Below, in pieces: positions 22,697 to 29,117 of a DNA stretch of 32,000 bases. Below the pieces are notes generated by a model. The model was not told where the DNA came from. It saw only the letters and a program-made list of their open reading frames with translations, and made no database searches. Origin of the DNA: Candidatus Saccharimonadota bacterium. Its GTDB lineage: Archaea; Nanobdellota; Nanobdellia; Pacearchaeales; GW2011-AR1. Location of the stretch: contig JBAZYG010000002.1 of NCBI GenBank assembly GCA_041659445.1, positions 180,001 to 212,000 on the forward strand. Direction: 5' to 3'. Numbering within the stretch: position 1 is the first letter of the stretch; each line of letters starts with the position of its first letter. A program made the translations under genes and the position numbers.

Positions 22697-22945
22697 TTAA
22701 TTTAGTATTTTAGACATTTTTTCTAATTTTTTTATGTCTTTAAATTCTCCTCTAATCATTAAAGAGACAATATTTTTATTAGTCATGATTTCTGTAAGAG
22801 TTAAATTATAATCTGGAAGATAAAAATCTTTGACAAAGGTATTTTCGTAGTTGATATGTGGCCCGTTAATTAATTTTAGATTATTTTCTTCTAAATAATT
22901 TTCTATTTGTCTTAATCTTTTTTGAGGGTATACTTTTGTTGTCAT
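22697..22945 (-). CDS. Hypothetical protein (82 aa)
   Basis: ORF tightly coupled to the genes on both sides by 1-nt gaps. No motif recognised. Confidence 0.5.
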   Translation of the reverse strand: MTTKVYPQKRLRQIENYLEENNLKLINGPHINYENTFVKDFYLPDYNLTLTEIMTNKNIVSLMIRGEFKDIKKLEKMSKILN

Positions 22946-22946
22946 T

Positions 22947-23174
22947 TTAATTTAAGATAAATGATTCGACGAAGTTTACTAATGTGGAATTGTATTCTGA
23001 ATCCAGAACATATTTTTCTTTATAATCATCAATTACTTTTTTTACTTTATCTATATTTTCATCTAGTACTTTTGTTTGATGATTTTTAAATAATCCTATG
23101 AAATATTCCATTCTTGATTCATAATATTTCATACTTCCTTCATAAGTTTCTGTTTTTTGTTCTAATTCTGTCAT
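22947..23174 (-). CDS. Hypothetical protein (75 aa, predicted helical)
   Basis: First ORF downstream of tRNA-Pro on the minus strand. No motif recognised. Confidence 0.45.
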   Translation of the reverse strand: MTELEQKTETYEGSMKYYESRMEYFIGLFKNHQTKVLDENIDKVKKVIDDYKEKYVLDSEYNSTLVNFVESFILN

Positions 23175-23196
23175 TTTGATTTTTTCGTCGATAAAA

Positions 23197-23269
23197 TGGG
23201 GCTACCCGGATTTGAACCGGGGTCGTCAGGTCCCAAACCTGAAAGGCTACCAGGCTACCCCATAACCCC
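23197..23269 (-). tRNA. tRNA-Pro: tRNA-Pro (anticodon UGG)
   Basis: The reverse complement folds as a 73-nt cloverleaf. Acceptor stem GGGGTTA/TAGCCCC (one G-U). D loop AGCCTGGTA. Anticodon stem TCAGG/CCTGA with loop TTTGGGA. T arm CCCGG-TTCAAAT-CCGGG. Discriminator A. No encoded CCA. A GC-rich island in AT-rich DNA. Confidence 0.9.
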
Positions 23270-23293
23270 ATTTTAAAAATAGAGCTATCGGTA

Positions 23294-23301
23294 TTTATAA
23301 A
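23294..23301 (-). promoter_or_regulatory. TATA box (TTTATAAA), 32 nt upstream of the tRNA-Pro 5' end
   Basis: Palindromic octamer at the appropriate distance from the mature tRNA 5' end. Confidence 0.55.
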
Positions 23302-23313
23302 GCTATTCGATTA

Positions 23314-23991
23314 TTATTTGGATTTTTTAGCTGGTGCTTTTTCTTCTTTTTTAACAGGTGTAGTAACAGGTTTAGCAACTTCTTTCTTTTCTGGTTCCTT
23401 TGCTTGTTCTGCTTCTTTAGCAGCCTGCGCAGCTTTCAATTTTTTATCTTGTTCAGCTTTAACTTTTTCAAAAAAATCTTTTAAAGATTTTTTCTTTTCT
23501 TCAGATGCTTCTGTAATTTCTTTATTAATTTCTTTATCATAAATTCCTTTTTCAATTTCTCTTTCAATTTCTTGAGGCAATTTATTTTCAATTAAGATAC
23601 CTAAACTAACACAACTTCCTGCAACAGTTTTAGTAGCAGTTTTTAAATCATTACACAATAAATTTTGAGATTTTGTTTTTGCAACTTTAATTATTTGTTC
23701 AATTGAAGCATTTGCAACTTTTATGTTTTTTTGAGTGCTAGAACCTTTATCGATTTTTAGTTCTTTTTTTAATAATTCTGAAACAGGAGGAGAAAATACT
23801 TTTACTTCAAAAGATTTTGTTCCAGCGTCGACATCTAATTCAATTGGAACTTTCATTCCATCAAAATCTTTTGTTGCTTCATTTACTTTTGAAATAACAG
23901 AATTGATATTAATTCCAAGTGGTCCTAATTTTTGACTTAATGCTGGACCTGGTTTCATTGCTCCACCTTCTGCTAAAATTTTAATTTGCAT
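23314..23991 (-). CDS. rpl11: 50S ribosomal protein L11 (uL11) with a charged C-terminal extension of about 70 aa
   Basis: Start set at the ATG at 23991 (MQIKILAEGGAMKPGPALSQKLGPLGININ...), 1 nt after the Spt5 stop. The canonical L11 body ends near EIEKGIYD. A Lys/Glu/Ala/Pro-rich tail follows. Confidence 0.9.
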   Translation of the reverse strand: MQIKILAEGGAMKPGPALSQKLGPLGININSVISKVNEATKDFDGMKVPIELDVDAGTKSFEVKVFSPPVSELLKKELKIDKGSSTQKNIKVANASIEQIIKVAKTKSQNLLCNDLKTATKTVAGSCVSLGILIENKLPQEIEREIEKGIYDKEINKEITEASEEKKKSLKDFFEKVKAEQDKKLKAAQAAKEAEQAKEPEKKEVAKPVTTPVKKEEKAPAKKSK

Positions 23992-23992
23992 T

Positions 23993-24439
23993 TTATTCTT
24001 CGTTTTCACGTCTGATAACTTTTACATTATCTAATTTAATTGTAACTGGAAGCGGTATAACTGCTCCAAGTAAACTTACTACTACTTCTTCTTTTTGTTT
24101 GTCTATTCTTAAAACTTTTGCTTTTTCACCTTTTAATGTAGAACCAATAATTTCAATAATGTCTCCTTCTTTTATTGTAATTGTAGCAACACTTGGTTCA
24201 ACCATATTCTTTATCTCGTCGTAAGTTATAGTTTTTCCAATGATTCCTTTAATATATGGTAAATTATAAACTGCTTCTTCTGCAGATTCTCTGTCTTCTG
24301 CTTCTAAGAAAATATATCCTCTTACTCCATGAGGTCTTAAAACAGAAAAAACATTTAATGATTTTTTTGTTGCTCTTTCTGCGATTGTCTCGACTGCTCG
24401 ATCTTCTTTATTTGTTGTAACTTTTATTACATATAACAT
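23993..24439 (-). CDS. spt5: Transcription elongation factor Spt5 (NusG homologue)
   Basis: NGN domain (YVIKVTTNKEDRAVETI...GYIFLEAE) plus KOW domain (EGDIIEIIGSTLKGEKAKVLRID). It lies directly upstream of L11, as in most archaea. Confidence 0.9.
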   Translation of the reverse strand: MLYVIKVTTNKEDRAVETIAERATKKSLNVFSVLRPHGVRGYIFLEAEDRESAEEAVYNLPYIKGIIGKTITYDEIKNMVEPSVATITIKEGDIIEIIGSTLKGEKAKVLRIDKQKEEVVVSLLGAVIPLPVTIKLDNVKVIRRENEE

Positions 24440-24454
24440 GTTCTTTAGCTCCGT

Positions 24455-24480
24455 CTACCTCTTAACTTTCTAAGAAGTAG
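24455..24480 (-). promoter_or_regulatory. Imperfect 10-bp hairpin in the spt5 leader / downstream of the 199-aa gene
   Basis: Plus-strand CTACCTCTTA-ACTTTC-TAAGAAGTAG (one mismatch). It lies between two TTTATAAA boxes (24488, 24504) and a GGAG upstream of the spt5 ATG. Confidence 0.35.
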
Positions 24481-24504
24481 ATGATAATTTATAAAGTTAG
24501 AGGT

Positions 24505-25104
24505 TTATAAATCTTTTTCCCAATATTTTTTTCCAAATTCATTGTAGTATTCCTGTTCTTTTTCCTTTAACTTTAAAATTTTTGGATTAGAATAAAAAAT
24601 TTCTTTATTTTTAATTTCTAAATTTTTTACTTTCAAAATAGAGAAATTCATTGGAAGTGTTTTTGATTCAGGAGAAATATTTAATAAAATCAAGTTGAAA
24701 TTTCTTTTATTCAAATTATTAAGTATAACCCCCTCTAAAATATTTCCTTTATATTTTATAGAATATATTTTATTTTTTGAAACTTCTTTTTGTTTTTCAT
24801 AAATTCCTTTTTTATTCAATAATTCTTTTATATAATTTGCTTGATAATAATCTTTATGATCTCCAAAAATAATTTCATTATCTGTTAAAGCTCTAATATC
24901 TCGTATATCTGTTAATTCTAATTGATTTTCTTTTATTTTATATTTATTAAAATAAATTAAAACTGATTTTTGTGAATTTGGATTAACCCCTGCTAAAACC
25001 TCTTGCAATCCTTTTTTTCTCTTTTTTCCTAAGTAAACTACTTTTATATTGTAATTATAAACTCCATTAAGATTGTAAACTTCACCAAGTTCAAGATTTG
25101 TCAT
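24505..25104 (-). CDS. Hypothetical protein (199 aa) inserted between secE and spt5
   Basis: Long ORF in AT-rich DNA, Lys/Asn-rich, no motif recognised. Confidence 0.55.
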   Translation of the reverse strand: MTNLELGEVYNLNGVYNYNIKVVYLGKKRKKGLQEVLAGVNPNSQKSVLIYFNKYKIKENQLELTDIRDIRALTDNEIIFGDHKDYYQANYIKELLNKKGIYEKQKEVSKNKIYSIKYKGNILEGVILNNLNKRNFNLILLNISPESKTLPMNFSILKVKNLEIKNKEIFYSNPKILKLKEKEQEYYNEFGKKYWEKDL

Positions 25105-25154
25105 GAAATTTTATTAAATTTCTAATATAAAAATATTGTTTCAGTTAAGTATAA

Positions 25155-25334
25155 TCATTTGAAAGCAAGTTTCATTATTATAGAAATCAAAAATCCAACA
25201 ACACCAAGGATTGCAATTCCAATTGCAGTGACTTTTGCAGTTAAGCTAAATTCCTGTTTTGTGGGTTTTTTCATTACAATCCAAACACGTTTGCATTTGT
25301 TAAAAAATGATTTTAATTTGTTCTCGTCTTCCAT
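25155..25334 (-). CDS. secE: Protein translocase subunit SecE (Sec61 gamma)
   Basis: Not in the ORF track on this strand. Translation: MEDENKLKSFFNKCKRVWIVMKKPTKQEFSLTAKVTAIGIAILGVVGFLISIIMKLAFK (59 aa). The KKPT..EF...AKVT motif is followed by a single TM helix. It replaces the antisense track ORF 25159..25341. Confidence 0.8.
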   Translation of the reverse strand: MEDENKLKSFFNKCKRVWIVMKKPTKQEFSLTAKVTAIGIAILGVVGFLISIIMKLAFK

Positions 25335-25364
25335 GAAATAGATTAGAATAAGTTGTTTTTAAAT

Positions 25365-25685
25365 TTATTCAAATTGAATTGAAATATTTTCATCTTTATT
25401 AAAACCAAGACAGTATATACATTTATAATCACTTGTTGCAATATCTGGACCCATTGGAGATCCTCCTGATTCTGTTATTTTTGTAAGTTCATCAAGTTTT
25501 TCTTTGTTCTTTTCTAAAACTGTAGGATCCTTATATCTAAAACTTATTGATTTAATTTTTTCACCATAAAAAGGATAATCTAATTCAATTTGTTCAACAT
25601 GTCCTAAATCAAAAACAGCTGTTTTATCAACTGTAACTTTTGTATTTTCTTCTGTAAATTTTATTTCAATTGTATTTTTTACCAT
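25365..25685 (-). CDS. Hypothetical protein (106 aa)
   Basis: ORF between the ftsZ-coupled small gene and secE. No motif recognised. Confidence 0.5.
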   Translation of the reverse strand: MVKNTIEIKFTEENTKVTVDKTAVFDLGHVEQIELDYPFYGEKIKSISFRYKDPTVLEKNKEKLDELTKITESGGSPMGPDIATSDYKCIYCLGFNKDENISIQFE

Positions 25686-25736
25686 AATTCAATTATTTTA
25701 TTTTTCTTTATAAAAATTTATGTTGTTAAGTATATG

Positions 25737-26000
25737 CTAAACTTTTAGCATTTCTTTTTTTAGAATAAAATATTTTTTATTTTGAGGATCATATTTGATT
25801 GTTTGAAAATGTTCAAGTTTTTCTATATAGTTTGTTGTTGGTTCTGTTACTCTAGCATAAATTCCAAAATTTTTTTCAAGTGATTCCCTTAAATCATTAA
25901 AACTAAATGATTTCCAATTTAAAATACAATCATCAATAAATTTTATTGCAAATTCTGTTTGCTCAGGAAGGGGCTTATTTTTAGATATTTTAGAAATCAT
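25737..26000 (-). CDS. Hypothetical small protein (87 aa) translationally coupled to ftsZ
   Basis: The start lies 1 nt after the ftsZ stop (TAAAATG). The C-terminal YIEKLEHFQTIKYDPQNKKYFIL looks like a winged-helix wing; this is weak evidence. Confidence 0.5.
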   Translation of the reverse strand: MISKISKNKPLPEQTEFAIKFIDDCILNWKSFSFNDLRESLEKNFGIYARVTEPTTNYIEKLEHFQTIKYDPQNKKYFILKKEMLKV

Positions 26001-26001
26001 T

Positions 26002-27096
26002 TTATTCTTCTAAGAATTCAATGCCTAATTCTTCTTCGATTTCTCTATGTTTTCTGTCTTTCATTGAATCTTCTTGTCCAAGTATTTGTGAACTTTTAAC
26101 TCCAGTAACAATCAATAAAACTCTAATTGCTTTTGCCATGTCTTCAGAAATTTTTGCCCCCCAAATCATTTTTGCATCAGGACTTAATTTATCTCCAACA
26201 CCTTTTATAATTTCTTTGCATTCATCTAAACTCATATCCGACCCACCAATAATATTTACCAAGGCACCTTTTGCATTTGAAATATCTACGTCGAGCAAAG
26301 GATTAAAAATTGCTTTTTTGACAGAATCTTGTGCTCTATTCTCGCTGTCAGATTCTCCCATACCAATTAAAGAAACTCCTCCGTCAATCATTACTGCTTT
26401 TACATCTGCAAAATCCAAGTTTACTAAACCAGAAGTTGTTACTAATTCTGTTATTCCTTTGACAGCATTTGTTAAAATTTCATCTGCGATTTTGAAAGCA
26501 GTTTGAAGAGGTAATTCAGGTGCTAATTCAAGTAATTTATCATTTGGAATTACAATTAATGTATCCACAACAGATTCCATTCTCTCTAATCCACCGACGG
26601 CATTTTCAATTCTTTTTTGCCCTTCAACTGTAAAAGGCATTGTTACAACACCAATAACCAAAGAACCTTGTTTTTTAGCAATTGAAGAAACAACAGGAGC
26701 AGCACCAGTTCCAGTTCCACCACCCATACCACAAGTAATAAAAATCATATCTGCACCTTCTAATTTTTTCTTTATTTCTGAAGAAGATTCTTTTGCAGCT
26801 TCTTGTCCTATTTTAGGATTACTTCCTGCACCCAATCCTTGTGTTAATTCTTTTCCAATCAAAATTTTGTGATCTGCATTAGCATAAAGTAAATCTTGAG
26901 CGTCTGTATTTATAGCAATTAATTCTCCACCTCGAATTCCAATTTCTCTCATTCTTGAGATTGAATTATTTCCTGCACCACCAATTCCAATTATTCTAAT
27001 TTTTGCAGATTGCTTTTTTATAATTTCTTCAAGTTCCTTGTCAATTTCTAATGTTGGTGATTCATAAGAACCATCTCTTTTGAAAATTTCTGCCAT
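26002..27096 (-). CDS. ftsZ: Cell division GTPase FtsZ
   Basis: IRIIGIGGAGNNSISRM, the tubulin signature GMGGGTGTGAAPVV, and NTDAQDL. 364 aa. Confidence 0.95.
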   Translation of the reverse strand: MAEIFKRDGSYESPTLEIDKELEEIIKKQSAKIRIIGIGGAGNNSISRMREIGIRGGELIAINTDAQDLLYANADHKILIGKELTQGLGAGSNPKIGQEAAKESSSEIKKKLEGADMIFITCGMGGGTGTGAAPVVSSIAKKQGSLVIGVVTMPFTVEGQKRIENAVGGLERMESVVDTLIVIPNDKLLELAPELPLQTAFKIADEILTNAVKGITELVTTSGLVNLDFADVKAVMIDGGVSLIGMGESDSENRAQDSVKKAIFNPLLDVDISNAKGALVNIIGGSDMSLDECKEIIKGVGDKLSPDAKMIWGAKISEDMAKAIRVLLIVTGVKSSQILGQEDSMKDRKHREIEEELGIEFLEE

Positions 27097-27137
27097 GTTG
27101 TATAAAAGAACGAGTGATTTAAAAGCATTATTGTTCC

Positions 27138-27803
27138 CTAAACAGTAAGTTTTTCTTTATCTTTCAAACTTTCCTCTTTTTCAATCTCTTTTACTTTTAA
27201 ATCTAAATCTAAGATACTTTTATATTTATCTTTAAATAATTCAGCAATTCTTCCAAAACCCTTTTCTGTTTCAAGTTCTAAAGTTTTTCCATCTACAGAA
27301 AATTTAAAATCTTTTCTAAATAAAAAGTCATTCACTGCTTTTATTTTTTCGTTTAAATTTTCTATTTTTTTTATAATTTTAATTTCATAAATCACATCTT
27401 TTCCTGCTAAAAAATGATTGAAATCAACAATTACTCTTCCTCCTGAAACAGTCAAAATTTTCCCAATTCTTCCGTCAAAGTTTAATGCAAGTCCAGGAAT
27501 AGGATTAATTTTTTGTTCATAGAATGCTTTAGCAGGAATAATTTGCACAAGAGAAGATTGTCTTTTACCAAATGCTTTTTCAGATTGAAGTTCTATTTTG
27601 TATTTTCCAATTTCTTTTCCAATCAAAAATTCATCAACACTTTTGAGAAACATGTCTTCGCCAATGCAGTAAACAAAAGGTTTTGCTTCTCCTTGTAAAT
27701 TCGATTCTCTTAAATCTTCGGCTATGTTTGTATCAAAAATTTGTCCATCTTTAGTTTTAGCTGTAAATTCAATTTCAATGAAATCTTTTTTTTGTAAAGC
27801 CAT
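27138..27803 (-). CDS. FKBP-type peptidyl-prolyl cis-trans isomerase (SlyD-like, with insert-in-flap and C-terminal domain)
   Basis: DFIEIEFTAKTKDGQIFDT, LIGKEIGKYKIELQSEKAFGKR and GGRVIVDFNHFLAGKDVIYEIKI, the last matching the DFNHPLAGK signature. Confidence 0.85.
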   Translation of the reverse strand: MALQKKDFIEIEFTAKTKDGQIFDTNIAEDLRESNLQGEAKPFVYCIGEDMFLKSVDEFLIGKEIGKYKIELQSEKAFGKRQSSLVQIIPAKAFYEQKINPIPGLALNFDGRIGKILTVSGGRVIVDFNHFLAGKDVIYEIKIIKKIENLNEKIKAVNDFLFRKDFKFSVDGKTLELETEKGFGRIAELFKDKYKSILDLDLKVKEIEKEESLKDKEKLTV

Positions 27804-27824
27804 GAATTAAAAATTAAAAGTAGG

Positions 27825-27832
27825 TTTATAAA
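27825..27832 (-). promoter_or_regulatory. TATA box (TTTATAAA), 29 nt upstream of the FKBP start at 27803
   Basis: Exact octamer and spacing on the minus strand. Confidence 0.55.
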
Positions 27833-27877
27833 ATTAATGGGAATTGAGTTATTTTTGATTTTCAATCCTACCAAACT

Positions 27878-27885
27878 TTTATAAA
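27878..27885 (+). promoter_or_regulatory. TATA box (TTTATAAA), 29 nt upstream of the aIF5A ATG at 27907
   Basis: Exact octamer and spacing. Confidence 0.6.
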
Positions 27886-27906
27886 TATACTTTTTTTCTT
27901 ACAATT

Positions 27907-28296
27907 ATGGTTGCAAAAATTATCAATGCTACAGAAGCTCGTGTAGGTACAAATATTATAATCGAAGGTCAACCTTTTACTGTTAAGAAAATAGATATTT
28001 CAAAAACAGGAAAACACGGACATGCAAAATGTAGAATTGAAGCATCACATATGATGACTGAATCTAAAAAAGTTTTTGTAGTTCCAGGACATGACAGATT
28101 CGAAGTTCCAATGGTGAATAAAAAAAGAGCACAAGTTCTTTCACATCACGGAGATAAGGCAAGTGTTATGGATTTAGAAACTTTTGAAACAATTGAGATA
28201 GATGTTCCAGAAGAATTAACTCATGAAATTCAAGAAAACGAAAATGTTGAATATTGGGATATTGAAGGAACTTTAATTCTTAAAAGAAAAGTATAA
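27907..28296 (+). CDS. eif5a: Translation initiation factor 5A (aIF5A)
   Basis: Hypusination loop SKTGKHGHAKCRI. 129 aa. A TTTATAAA box lies at -29. Confidence 0.9.
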   Translation: MVAKIINATEARVGTNIIIEGQPFTVKKIDISKTGKHGHAKCRIEASHMMTESKKVFVVPGHDRFEVPMVNKKRAQVLSHHGDKASVMDLETFETIEIDVPEELTHEIQENENVEYWDIEGTLILKRKV

Positions 28297-28345
28297 TACT
28301 CAATTACATAAATCTTTAAAAAGATATTTAATTGATTTTTAGATA

Positions 28346-28720
28346 ATGGTTGATAAAAAGATAAAAATGGATAATATTCATTTTATGAATGAAATGATTC
28401 CATATTCTTATTTGGAAACACTTTGTTGGGGTTTAAATGAAATTGCTTCTATGTCTCCAATAAATCCTACTGAAAAAATAAAAAATAAATATCCAAATAT
28501 TTCTGCAGAATCCCGAACAATTTATGTAAAAGTAATTCCAAATGAAATTCTTTATTTAGTTGAAGAAAAAGCTACGCCTAGGGGAAAGCTAGAATGTCCT
28601 ATTAATTGTCGAGGTTATGTTCTTGATTTAAGAGAAGGTAAAGAATTGTTGTCTGTTTTAAAATTAGAAAGATTAGTTAAGATTATGGATATTCAAATTG
28701 GTTCTGATTTAATTGATTAA
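28346..28720 (+). CDS. Hypothetical protein (124 aa)
   Basis: ORF with a TTTAAAAA box about 31 nt upstream. No motif recognised. Confidence 0.5.
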   Translation: MVDKKIKMDNIHFMNEMIPYSYLETLCWGLNEIASMSPINPTEKIKNKYPNISAESRTIYVKVIPNEILYLVEEKATPRGKLECPINCRGYVLDLREGKELLSVLKLERLVKIMDIQIGSDLID

Positions 28721-28803
28721 TAATTTTCAATCCCAATCTTTAAAAACCCTTTTTTTCTAAAGTAATTGTATTAAATAAAAACACTAAGAAATTTTGATGT
28801 TTG

Positions 28804-28879
28804 CGATTTCAATCAGAGGCAGTTAAAGAAATCGTCCTTCAGTGCAAATAGGAAGGTTGAACGTCAAGGAAACCTTGGT
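28804..28879 (+). other. Three consecutive hairpins in a relatively GC-rich segment upstream of L40e (structured leader or small RNA)
   Basis: CGATTTC/GAAATCG (28804-28810 / 28828-28834), CCTTC/GAAGG (28836-28840 / 28852-28856) and CAAGG/CCTTG (28865-28869 / 28873-28877, extendable by two G-U pairs). Confidence 0.35.
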
Positions 28880-28888
28880 TTACTTACG

Positions 28889-29053
28889 ATGGGAACAAAA
28901 ATACCTGAAGCACAAAATAGAATGTTTAGAAATGTCTTTGTTTGTAATAATTGTCATAGTAAAGTTCGAGCAGATGCACAAAGAGTTTTAAAAGGAAAAG
29001 TTAAATGCAGAAAGTGCAAAAAAAATTCATTCAGAGTTATAAAGAAAAAATAA
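28889..29053 (+). CDS. rpl40e: 50S ribosomal protein L40e
   Basis: Not in the ORF track (54 aa). Translation: MGTKIPEAQNRMFRNVFVCNNCHSKVRADAQRVLKGKVKCRKCKKNSFRVIKKK. It has CxxC...CxxC with a basic tail, the pattern of archaeal L40e. Confidence 0.75.
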   Translation: MGTKIPEAQNRMFRNVFVCNNCHSKVRADAQRVLKGKVKCRKCKKNSFRVIKKK

Positions 29054-29117
29054 TTTTTAATCTATTTACCTTACATTTTTAAACTCTAAATTTCTTTTAA
29101 ATTAAAGAGGAACATAA

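Noticed and set aside
22697-22945. Guess that the 82-aa protein next to L37Ae is KEOPS subunit Pcc1, a frequent neighbour in archaea
   Set aside because: I could not align any Pcc1-like motif by eye. It is left as hypothetical pending a profile search.
25159-25341. Plus-strand 60-aa track ORF
   Set aside because: The opposite strand at 25155..25334 encodes a textbook SecE/Sec61-gamma (KKPT..EF, single TM helix) in the expected neighbourhood upstream of spt5.
3682-27698. Other short track ORFs nested in or antisense to longer genes: 3682..3930-, 5670..5855+, 5700..5885-, 6477..6710+, 7290..7496-, 7457..7648-, 8542..8739-, 11792..11995-, 11951..12205+, 13341..13538+, 14762..14956-, 17806..18129+, 18376..18756+, 19097..19297+, 23318..23542+, 23735..23935+, 26021..26506+ and 27513..27698+
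   Set aside because: Each overlaps a longer ORF that has recognisable motifs or a coherent signal-peptide or TM architecture. None has its own -29 TATA box or coupling junction.
28790-28860. Possible C/D-box sRNA (TGATGT at about 28795; CTGA motifs on the opposite strand)
   Set aside because: No properly spaced C (RUGAUGA) plus D (CUGA) pair with a terminal stem exists on either strand, so the match is too degenerate.
28804-28879. Three hairpins read as a possible tRNA-like cloverleaf
   Set aside because: There is no enclosing acceptor stem. The first loop is 17 nt. There is no T-loop (TTCRANY) or conserved D-loop GG.
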